Part shown: positions 51,419 to 58,819 of the stretch, one piece after another
How the letters are laid out: every line of letters starts with the position of its first letter
How positions within the stretch are numbered: the first letter of the stretch is position 1
Source of the DNA: Dehalococcoidia bacterium
GTDB taxonomy: Bacteria > Chloroflexota > Dehalococcoidia > Bin125
Length of the DNA stretch: 64,000 nucleotides
Direction: 5' to 3'
Assembly: GCA_963663235.2 (NCBI GenBank)
Contig: CAXXNO010000012.1
Span: forward strand, 384,001-448,000
Position numbers and translations under genes: made by a program
The notes under the pieces: model-generated
What the model was told of the DNA's origin: nothing
Seen by the model: only the letters and a program-made list of their open reading frames with translations
Databases searched by the model: none

Positions 51419-52048
51419 CTAGCTCTTGCCCACAGTCGTCTTGGCGACGACCTTCACGCCCTGAATCGTGCCCTCGACCGATCGGCGAACGCGCACAGCC
51501 GCCGCATCGCTCACCTCACCGGCAGCCTCAATCGCGCCGGTCGCCGCGGCGGCCGCGGCCTCTTCCACGCTGAGCCCCGTCTTCTTCGCCACCTCAATGG
51601 CGCCTTCGACCGCACCAACGGCGGCGGTGGTGATGTCCGCCCCGATCGCGGCGGTCTCCGTCACTGCGCCGCGGCTTGTCTTGCCGATGGCGTCGATCGT
51701 CTCGGTCCCGACCTGTGCGGAGCCCTGCACGGCGCCGATCACGGCGCCCTTGGCCGCATTGCCCACGGAGCTTCCCACCTGTGTCGCTGCGTCCACGGTC
51801 GTCGTCAAGGTATTGGCCGTGGTCTGCGCGGCTTGACCCCCGACATCCCCGACGGCGTCGATGGCGCCTTTCACCGCTCCCACGGCCACGCCACCGGCGG
51901 CGGCGCCGGTTTCGCCCGCCGCTTCGACCGTCTTCTGCACCGTTGACGCGACCGTATCCACAGTCGCTTGCGTGATCTCCCCGGTCCCTTTGATCACGCC
52001 GATGATGCTGCCCTTGACCCGCCGGCCGATCTCACGTTCGTCTACCAT
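51419..52048 (-). CDS. Ala/Gly/Thr/Val-rich 22-residue repeat protein
   Basis: AAAGGA RBS before ATG 52048; about eight 22-aa repeats (GAIEAAGEV-like). Confidence 0.75.
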   Translation of the reverse strand: MVDEREIGRRVKGSIIGVIKGTGEITQATVDTVASTVQKTVEAAGETGAAAGGVAVGAVKGAIDAVGDVGGQAAQTTANTLTTTVDAATQVGSSVGNAAKGAVIGAVQGSAQVGTETIDAIGKTSRGAVTETAAIGADITTAAVGAVEGAIEVAKKTGLSVEEAAAAAATGAIEAAGEVSDAAAVRVRRSVEGTIQGVKVVAKTTVGKS

Positions 52049-52114
52049 CCCACTTCCTTTCACTGAAACAGGGCCCCGTCGGTTGCGCCACACCGGCCGG
52101 GGGAAAACAGACCT

Positions 52115-52136
52115 AAAAATCGCCCGAGCCGGGCGA
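52115..52136 (-). terminator. Intrinsic terminator after the garR-ybaK unit
   Basis: TCGCCC-GGCTC-GGGCGA followed by TTTTT on the minus strand. Confidence 0.6.
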
Positions 52137-52207
52137 GGACGCTCAAAGAGGCTAGCACAGAGGCCTCAGCCGAGCATCCTGTCTCACACGGAAGTGGGCC
52201 TCGGGCG

Positions 52208-52508
52208 CTACGTGACGCCGACGATACGGCCGCCCGTCAGGATTCGCAAGTCAGAGGGGCGGAGACGAAAGACCGCGGGCGGCGTGCCGGCGGGCCGCCC
52301 AGATCTCGTCGTACCGGAGCAGATCCTCATCGATGAGTACCTGCATGGGCTCGCGATGGCCGACCGGCGGCACCCCGCAGCCGAGGGCCGCCGCCGCTTC
52401 CGTCGCGGTGCGCGTGGTGGCGGGCAGCTCCCGCACCGACAGCGTCATGCCGCGGGCCGCGATCGCCTCTTGCACGCGGCGGGCGCTATTACTCAGCGGC
52501 TCAGCCAT
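52208..52508 (-). pseudogene. YbaK/EbsC (aminoacyl-tRNA deacylase) family pseudogene
   Basis: TRTATEAAAALGC is joined directly to GVPPVGH (core missing). A frameshift after IWAA is followed by AGTPPAVF...GVT* in another frame. Confidence 0.75.
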
Positions 52509-53418
52509 TGGCGCCCTCCTCCCCAGAGCCGCCGCGCCGCACCTCCACGCTGCCGAGCGACTCGAACACCCGCACCAATGCCTGTGTGCCCTCGTCGCCG
52601 GCGCCCTCCGCGTCAAGCGAGAGGAATAGCTGATGCGCCAGAGCCGTTCCGGGCAACGGGAGCCCCAGTGCGTCCGCCGCAGCCAGGGCGAGACGCAGAT
52701 CCTTCTGCTGGAGCTTGACCGTGAATCCCGGGGCGAAATCGCGGTCGAGTACACGCGGTGCGAGGTTGCTTAGCATCCACGAGCCCGCCGCCCCGGAACT
52801 CACGGCTTCCAGCATCTTCGCCGGGTCGACTCCGGACTTCTGTGCCAGCACCAAGCATTCACTCATCGCCAAGAGGTGAATCGCGCCGGCCACCTGATTG
52901 CACAGCTTGACGGACTGTCCCGCCCCGACCGGGCCGACGTGCACGATCGTCTTGCCCATCGCCTCAAGAATCGGGCGGCAGCGCTCCACCACGGCCGCCT
53001 CGCCGCCGACCATGATCGCTAGGGTGCCGGTTTTGGCGCCGCCTTCGCCGCCAGACACCGGCGCGTCCAGCACCGCCACGCCCCTCTCTGCGAGGCGATT
53101 CGCCAGGCGGCGCGTCACCGCAGGGCTGATGGTGCTCATGTCGATGAACACGTCTCCAGCCCCAAGTCCCTCGGCGGCGGGGTCCGGCCCAAACAGCACC
53201 TGCTCAACGTCCGGAGAGTCGGTCACCATCGTGATGAGCACATCGCTGGCTTCGGCGACGGCGCACGGCCCGGCGGCCGCAAGGGCCCCGGCGTCGACGG
53301 CTGCATCGACGCCCGGGCGGCTGCGGTTCCAGACGGCTACCTGGTAGCCGGCGCGCAGCAAGTTCGCCGCCATCGGCCGACCCATGATGCCAAGGCCTAT
53401 GAAGCCGATCCGCTCCAT
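52501..53418 (-). CDS. NAD-dependent beta-hydroxyacid dehydrogenase (2-hydroxy-3-oxopropionate reductase/3-HIBADH family)
   Basis: IGFIGLGIMG, DMSTISP, LDAPVSGG, VKLCNQ, FAPGF...QKDL. Confidence 0.92.
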   Translation of the reverse strand: MERIGFIGLGIMGRPMAANLLRAGYQVAVWNRSRPGVDAAVDAGALAAAGPCAVAEASDVLITMVTDSPDVEQVLFGPDPAAEGLGAGDVFIDMSTISPAVTRRLANRLAERGVAVLDAPVSGGEGGAKTGTLAIMVGGEAAVVERCRPILEAMGKTIVHVGPVGAGQSVKLCNQVAGAIHLLAMSECLVLAQKSGVDPAKMLEAVSSGAAGSWMLSNLAPRVLDRDFAPGFTVKLQQKDLRLALAAADALGLPLPGTALAHQLFLSLDAEGAGDEGTQALVRVFESLGSVEVRRGGSGEEGANG

Positions 53419-53560
53419 CCATACCCCCCCACATCCGGCCCGTAGAGGACTACGATGGCCGCGAATCGATCGCGTGGCAAGGCGCCATCCCAACCCAGCG
53501 TCCAGGCGCAAGAATGGAGTGCGGCCGCGACGAGCGGTAGCCGATGAGAGAAAGCGAATC

Positions 53561-53788
53561 GTGACGAATCTGCCGACAGATCCGACGGAAGCGCCGACGC
53601 GCGGCGAGCGATTCCGCGACGAACTCAAGAACATTCCCAAAGCCATCTGGTTCTTGATCTCGCTGGTGCTCTACGGCGTTGGGCTCGCACTTTCGGTCGC
53701 AGGGCGGGCGCTGATCACGCTGAGCAGATGGGGTCCAGACGAGACCGCTGCGGCCGCGCCGTATACCTCACCCGAGTCCGAGCGCTGA
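53561..53788 (+). CDS. Small membrane protein
   Basis: 75 aa with one long hydrophobic helix; purine-rich GAGAG upstream of GTG. Confidence 0.55.
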   Translation: MTNLPTDPTEAPTRGERFRDELKNIPKAIWFLISLVLYGVGLALSVAGRALITLSRWGPDETAAAAPYTSPESER

Positions 53789-53925
53789 GTCGGGCTACGC
53801 TGACTTCTGCCTGTAACCACTATGTAAAATACGCCGGGCGAGAGCAGGGCGGAAAGCCCGCGTCCGCACGAGCGGCTCCAGATGGTCTATAGTTAGGTCT
53901 CGTTGAACAATTGAATAGCGAATGG

Positions 53926-54038
53926 GCCGAATCCCTCTACCCAGAGGGAGCGGGGGACCCGATTTTCGGGGTGAATGGGGCGAAAACGCCCCTAGGCGCA
54001 CTCCTTCGCGCCGAACCCGACAGCTAACCTCGTAGGCG
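53926..54038 (+). ncRNA. c-di-AMP riboswitch aptamer (ydaO/yuaA)
   Basis: GCCGAATCC...GGGGGACCC...GGGGTGAAT...CCGAACCCGACAGCTAACCTCGTAGGCG matches the ydaO consensus; TATAGT -10 at 53888-53893. Confidence 0.92.
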
Positions 54039-54064
54039 ACTGAAGGGGAATTCGGATCTTCAGT

Positions 54065-54095
54065 TGCCGACCCTACCCAGCGCGTCGGCATTTTT
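54065..54095 (+). terminator. Riboswitch expression-platform terminator
   Basis: TGCCGAC...GTCGGCA stem followed by TTTTT. Confidence 0.75.
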
Positions 54096-54212
54096 ATGTC
54101 CGTGCCCGGTAGCGGTGGGCCCATCCAACAACGCGGGAATCCGTCGGCTGCTCTCGCAGCGGTCGGCGGCCCAAAAAGGGACAGGGCTCTCGCTCTCCCT
54201 GTCCGCCTCCTG

Positions 54213-54245
54213 ACCAACCCGGGTGCGCTTTGCACCCGGGTTGGT
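54213..54245. terminator. Strong 14-bp hairpin, probably a bidirectional terminator
   Basis: ACCAACCCGGGTGC-GCTTT-GCACCCGGGTTGGT, abutting the stop of the convergent gene. Confidence 0.7.
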
Positions 54246-54731
54246 TCATTTCCGAGGCTCCTTCGCCGCCAGCGTCTCGGCCCGGCGCGCCCAGGCTTCG
54301 ATCTGGCGCTGGCCCGTCGCGCGCAAGCGAACGATCCGGAACACGGCGCGGGCGAGCAGCATGACGAGTGCGGGCCCGGTAAATGTATACGCGTCGTGAA
54401 GCTCGCAGCCAGCCGCCACCGGACGCACGATCCAGGAGTGGCGGCCGGTCACGAAGAGGTAGCGCGCCTCCCACGTGAGACGCTCACCTTCGATCCGGTC
54501 CAGAATCGTAAGCCGGAAGCGTGGGACGAACGGGCCCCGCCGAACCCGCTCCTCCCAGAGAGAACCTGGGACTGCGCCGCCACCCTGTTCGTCTGCCGAC
54601 GGACGATCCAACCGTCGCACCGAGACGACATGGGGGTACCACTCCGGCCAGCGTGGCAGATCCATGAGTACGGCCCACGCCGCTGGCGCCGGAGCGTAGC
54701 AGGAAGTCACGTGTCGAATGTCGATTCGCAT
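54246..54731 (-). CDS. SRPBCC/polyketide cyclase family protein
   Basis: APAPAAWAVLMDLPRWPEWYP, LTWE, H.W.V.P; ATG 54731 after GGAG. Confidence 0.75.
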   Translation of the reverse strand: MRIDIRHVTSCYAPAPAAWAVLMDLPRWPEWYPHVVSVRRLDRPSADEQGGGAVPGSLWEERVRRGPFVPRFRLTILDRIEGERLTWEARYLFVTGRHSWIVRPVAAGCELHDAYTFTGPALVMLLARAVFRIVRLRATGQRQIEAWARRAETLAAKEPRK

Positions 54732-54823
54732 CGGCGCTCCACGCGACGATAGGACCATCGCCGGTCGATGCAAGCGAATACACGCCAATAGACGCATCGA
54801 CGGCTCCGGCTCATACTCCGCCC

Positions 54824-55666
54824 ATGCGACCCGATCCCCTCGCCGCGTTCCCGGCGCGTTCCGCATCCGCAGTGCCCGCCGTGACCGGCGCACAAATGCG
54901 CGAGGTCGATCGGCTGGCGATGCAGGACGCGGGCCTCTCTCTGCCACAGATGATGGAGAGCGCGGGGCGCGCGTTGGCGTCGCTGGTTCGCCACTATCTC
55001 ATCGACGCCTCCACGACCGCGGAGAGCAACGTGGCCGGCGACACCGCCGACTCGGGCGCTGCCCCGCCAGCCGGGCCCGTCTTGGTCCTCGCTGGCAGAG
55101 GAGGCAATGGCGGCGGCGCTCTGGCGGCAGCGCGTCACCTGCGCAACTGGGGCTATGCGGTCCAAATCACGCTCAGCGCGCCGCCGGGCAACCTGGACGA
55201 AGCCGCGGCCGGCCAACTGCACATCCTGCATAAGGACGGGTTGCGCGCCCTCTGGCCTGCCTCACCGGAATTTGACGATCGCTTCCCCCGAGAGCTGGAG
55301 ACCGCCGCCGTGGTGGTGGACGGCCTGGTGGGCTACAGCCTGCGCGGATCGTTGGAGGGCGATGTCGCCCTCCTGGTGGAGGCGGTGCTCGACCGCGCGC
55401 CGCCCGTCGTGACGTCCCTGGACATCCCCAGCGGCTTCGACGCGACCACCGGCGCCGTCTCAGCCACGGGCATCGTGGCGACGGCCACACTCACCCTGGC
55501 GCTGCCCAAGTCGGGCCTGTTCAAAAGCGACGCCAGCGCGGCCGGCGGTGAACTCCTGCTGGCCGATATCGGCATCCCGAATTACATCTACGAGCGCCTG
55601 GGGATCGAGGGAGTGCGGGGTATCTTCGCCGAGGGACCGATTGTGCGGCTGCACTGGACCTACTAG
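54824..55666 (+). CDS. nnrE: Stand-alone NAD(P)HX epimerase (YjeF-N)
   Basis: QMREVDR, MMESAGR, GRGGNGGG, DGLVGY, SLDIPSG, TLTLALPK, LADIGIP. Confidence 0.85.
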   Translation: MRPDPLAAFPARSASAVPAVTGAQMREVDRLAMQDAGLSLPQMMESAGRALASLVRHYLIDASTTAESNVAGDTADSGAAPPAGPVLVLAGRGGNGGGALAAARHLRNWGYAVQITLSAPPGNLDEAAAGQLHILHKDGLRALWPASPEFDDRFPRELETAAVVVDGLVGYSLRGSLEGDVALLVEAVLDRAPPVVTSLDIPSGFDATTGAVSATGIVATATLTLALPKSGLFKSDASAAGGELLLADIGIPNYIYERLGIEGVRGIFAEGPIVRLHWTY

Positions 55667-55678
55667 CGCGACTATCGA

Positions 55679-56425
55679 TCAGCGCGTCCTCGCACCCTTG
55701 CGGCGCGGCGGTTCGACCCAGCACACGATCTGCGCCTCGCGAGCACCGCTGTCGGCGCGGACGGCGTGGCAGCGCCGACGCATGGGACAGCGAGTGCAGT
55801 CGGGGTTGCGGGCCGTGCAGATTTGCGCCCCGAAGTCCATCAACCCCTGATTGATGCTCCATCCGTCGCCGCGTGGCAGGATAGCGGCGGCCAGAGCCCA
55901 CAGCCGCCGGCGACGCCGGGCGGCGGGCTCGCCGTCCGGCAACGCCCCAGCGAACCAGCGCTCCAGCACGCGCGCCACGTTCGTATCGAGGATTGGCGAC
56001 GGCACGCCGTAGGCGAAGGTCATCACCGCCCCCGCCGTGTAGCGCCCCACACCTGGGAGTGCCATGAGTTCATCATTCGTGGCCGGCAGCTCTCCGGCGC
56101 GATACGCAACCGTCGAGTCGGCGATGCGTTTGATCCATGTCCCCCGCACCTTGTAGCCAAGCGGGTCCGTGATCGCCTTGACGTCATGCAGCGGCGCCTC
56201 CGCAACGTGATGGATCGTGGGAAAGCGATCCAGGAACTCTTGGTAGACCTCCGTGACTCGCGGGACTTGCGTCTGGTGGAGCATGATCTCGGAGACGAGG
56301 ATGCGGTATGGGTCGCGGGTATGTCGCCAGGGCAGATCGCGGCCGTGGGCACGAAACCAGCGCCGCAGATTGCCACGGTAGTAGCGCAGCCGGACCGGAT
56401 CGATGCGTGCCTCCAACGGTCGCAC
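55679..56425 (-). CDS. HhH-GPD DNA glycosylase with 4Fe-4S cluster (short MutY/MIG-like)
   Basis: RDLPWR, DPYRILVSEIML, LPGVGRYTA, LDTNVARV, CX6CX2CX5C; no MutT-like C-terminal domain. Confidence 0.85.
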   Translation of the reverse strand: MRPLEARIDPVRLRYYRGNLRRWFRAHGRDLPWRHTRDPYRILVSEIMLHQTQVPRVTEVYQEFLDRFPTIHHVAEAPLHDVKAITDPLGYKVRGTWIKRIADSTVAYRAGELPATNDELMALPGVGRYTAGAVMTFAYGVPSPILDTNVARVLERWFAGALPDGEPAARRRRRLWALAAAILPRGDGWSINQGLMDFGAQICTARNPDCTRCPMRRRCHAVRADSGAREAQIVCWVEPPRRKGARTR

Positions 56426-56648
56426 CTCCGGTGGGGATCCTAGCCACGGTCAAGGCCTTGCCGCCATCGAGCGCCGGCGTGGCAGCCCCCTCGGCGTAGG
56501 GCGGCAAGGGCGCCGCGATCGGCCGCGGCGAGATCGCTCCCCTCGCCGAACGGGGCGATCCCCTAGACTTTTCGCGCATGACCGTCCGCCCGCCGCTCAC
56601 AGTCTGTGAACGACGCCCGCCGGCGCCGGCCGGCCGACGGCGGGAGCG

Positions 56649-57710
56649 ATGATCTGGATCGCCGTCGCGCTGGCAGCCGCCGCTGTCTGGGCGCTCTCCA
56701 GCACGCTGCTCGCCTCGCAGACAAAACAAGTTGACACGATCTCTATCAGCGCCCTGCGGGCGTTCTGGGCAATCCCATTCTTCGTGGCTGCGCTGTTCGC
56801 CTTCGGGGCCCAGAGCGATATCGCCAAGATGAGCCTCGGCGACATCCTGCAAATCTTCGGCCAAGGTGTGGTGGGCCCCACATTGGGTGACACGCTCTAC
56901 GTCGCCGCGATCGCCATGCTGGGGATGACGCGGGCGTTCACTACCGTCATGGGGCTGTATGGCCTGATGGCCTACGTTTGGGCGGCGATCTTCCTGGGCG
57001 AGTCGGTCTCCTGGGAGGTCGCGGCTGGATCAGTCTTGGTGATCACGGGCGTGTACCTGGTGGCGCTTTACGGCCGGCCGCGAGGCACCACGGCCCCCGA
57101 GCCGACCCGCCGTTGGGCGTGGGCTCGCCGGCGCAAGCCGTCCAGCATCGCGGGGGGCAGCGGCGCCGAAAAGGGGCGCATAGCGGCGCGCTCCACGCAC
57201 GCGGCTCCATCAGAGTCCCGCAGTCCTCCGCCTCCTCAGCGCGATGCGATTCCTCTGCCGTGGGGCGGCTCGCTCCGGCCGCGCGTCGGCCTGGGCATCG
57301 CGGCGGCGCTCTTGGTCGGCCTGCTCTGGTCGGGATCGTCCGTGTGGCTGCGCAGCATCTCCGACGGGGTCGATGCGTCGGCGGTGGGGATGGTGCGCGT
57401 GCCGTTCATCGCGATGATCTTGCTCGGTGCGTCATGGTTCGTCCGCGGCTCCACGCTTCGGCGGAACAGGATCTCGCTGCGCAGCCACTGGGTCTTAGCG
57501 CTGTCCGGCATCATCGGCACCGGCCTCACGACGCTCTTGTTCATCCTAGCCATACAAGAGATCGGCGCGGGCCAGACCGTCGTCTTGTTCTCCACATCAC
57601 CACTGTTTGCGCTGCCGATGGGATTCTTCTTCCTGCGGGAGAAGATCACCATCTGGGTGGTCGTGGGCACAGTCGTCGCCGTGGCCGGCATCATTCTGCT
57701 GGCCGCCTAG
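56649..57710 (+). CDS. DMT/EamA family transporter
   Basis: Two EamA repeats (AIFLGESVS, FFFLREKIT) with a long hydrophilic linker. Confidence 0.85.
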   Translation: MIWIAVALAAAAVWALSSTLLASQTKQVDTISISALRAFWAIPFFVAALFAFGAQSDIAKMSLGDILQIFGQGVVGPTLGDTLYVAAIAMLGMTRAFTTVMGLYGLMAYVWAAIFLGESVSWEVAAGSVLVITGVYLVALYGRPRGTTAPEPTRRWAWARRRKPSSIAGGSGAEKGRIAARSTHAAPSESRSPPPPQRDAIPLPWGGSLRPRVGLGIAAALLVGLLWSGSSVWLRSISDGVDASAVGMVRVPFIAMILLGASWFVRGSTLRRNRISLRSHWVLALSGIIGTGLTTLLFILAIQEIGAGQTVVLFSTSPLFALPMGFFFLREKITIWVVVGTVVAVAGIILLAA

Positions 57711-57856
57711 CCACCAGAAGCGCGGGGGCGTCCCCTGCATCTGATCACGGGCACTCAACCGGCGACTCGCTTGCCGAGCGGAGACCTGCGCGCCGATGAA
57801 GCCCACGCTACCCCCGATCGGGGTACGCACGCATGGCCCCGCTTCCCCGTTTCGGC

Positions 57857-58819
57857 TCAGGCGCCGATCGTGATACCGAGCAACGCGGCTCTCACGCCAC
57901 AAAGAGCCACGAGTGTAAGCAAGAGACGGTCTCGCATGAACACGCCGACCGGATCGCCCCCACCACCACGGCGCAAAATCTGGAGATAACGCGCGAGGCC
58001 AAACGCCATGAACGGCGGAATCGCGTAGAGCACCCCTCCGACCGGAGCACCCTCATCACCAGACCACTGCACGGTCAGCGCGGTCCAAGCAGCGAGCGCA
58101 CCGATCGCCCCCATCAGCACGAGGAGATCCAGCGCGCGCGGGCGATAGCATCGAAGGACGCCGCGATGTGCAACGGCCTGAGAGCCGAGCGTCATCAGTT
58201 CCGCCCGTCGCTTCCCTGCGACCAGCACGAGGGCCGCCAGGAGCACGCTGAGATCCAGCCACAGCGGGATCTCCACCCCGCCCGCCTCAGCGCCGGCGCG
58301 CAGGCGGAACGCGAAGCCCACGGCCACAATCCCTAGCTCCAGGTAGGGCACACGTTTCAGGCCAAGTGAGTAGACGAGGGCGATGGCCGCATAGCCGGTG
58401 GCCAGAGTCCCGACGGTGTGGTCCAGTGCGAACGCCAAGGGCAGCGCGAGTGTCAACAGGACGGCCGCCACCACGAGAGCCAAAAGCGGCGAGAGGCGGC
58501 GCGAAGCAATAGGCCGTTGCCGCTTGACGGGATGCACGCGATCGCCGGGAGCATCGATGACGTCGTTCACCAGATACAGCGCGCCGGCGACCAACGAGAA
58601 CAGGCCGGCGGCGGCGGCCACGTGTAGCACCGGTCGAGTCCAGGTGCCCGGGTCGAACAGGGACCAGGCAACGCCGAGTGTCAAAACCGATGGCACAAAG
58701 AGCAGCACATTCTTCAGCCACTGGGAGGGACGCAGGGCCCGCACCAGCGGGCGTCCCATGTCCGCGCGCAGGGAGACGCTCGGACGCTCGACAATCCTGG
58801 CGCTCTCGTAGGAGGTCAT
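57857..58819 (-). CDS. UbiA-family decaprenyl-phosphate phosphoribosyltransferase-like
   Basis: RALRPSQWLKN, YLVNDVID...DRVHPVKRQRPIAS, YSLGLK, GKRRAEL. Confidence 0.88.
   Translation of the reverse strand: MTSYESARIVERPSVSLRADMGRPLVRALRPSQWLKNVLLFVPSVLTLGVAWSLFDPGTWTRPVLHVAAAAGLFSLVAGALYLVNDVIDAPGDRVHPVKRQRPIASRRLSPLLALVVAAVLLTLALPLAFALDHTVGTLATGYAAIALVYSLGLKRVPYLELGIVAVGFAFRLRAGAEAGGVEIPLWLDLSVLLAALVLVAGKRRAELMTLGSQAVAHRGVLRCYRPRALDLLVLMGAIGALAAWTALTVQWSGDEGAPVGGVLYAIPPFMAFGLARYLQILRRGGGGDPVGVFMRDRLLLTLVALCGVRAALLGITIGA

Noticed and set aside
54096-54245. Firm call as 6S, SRP, tmRNA or RNase P RNA
   Set aside because: Only a rough rod-and-bubble outline fits 6S. No diagnostic sequence motifs of these RNAs were recognised, so it is kept as an unknown structured RNA.
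54096-54752. 218-aa plus-strand ORF downstream of the c-di-AMP riboswitch as its regulated gene
   Set aside because: It has no RBS (the ATG abuts the terminator U-tract), runs through a strong hairpin, lies antisense to the SRPBCC gene, and is Arg/Pro-rich with no family motifs.
56456-56560. Three consecutive GC hairpins between the divergent glycosylase and EamA promoters
   Set aside because: No known motif or promoter for a separate transcript; such stems arise readily at this GC content.
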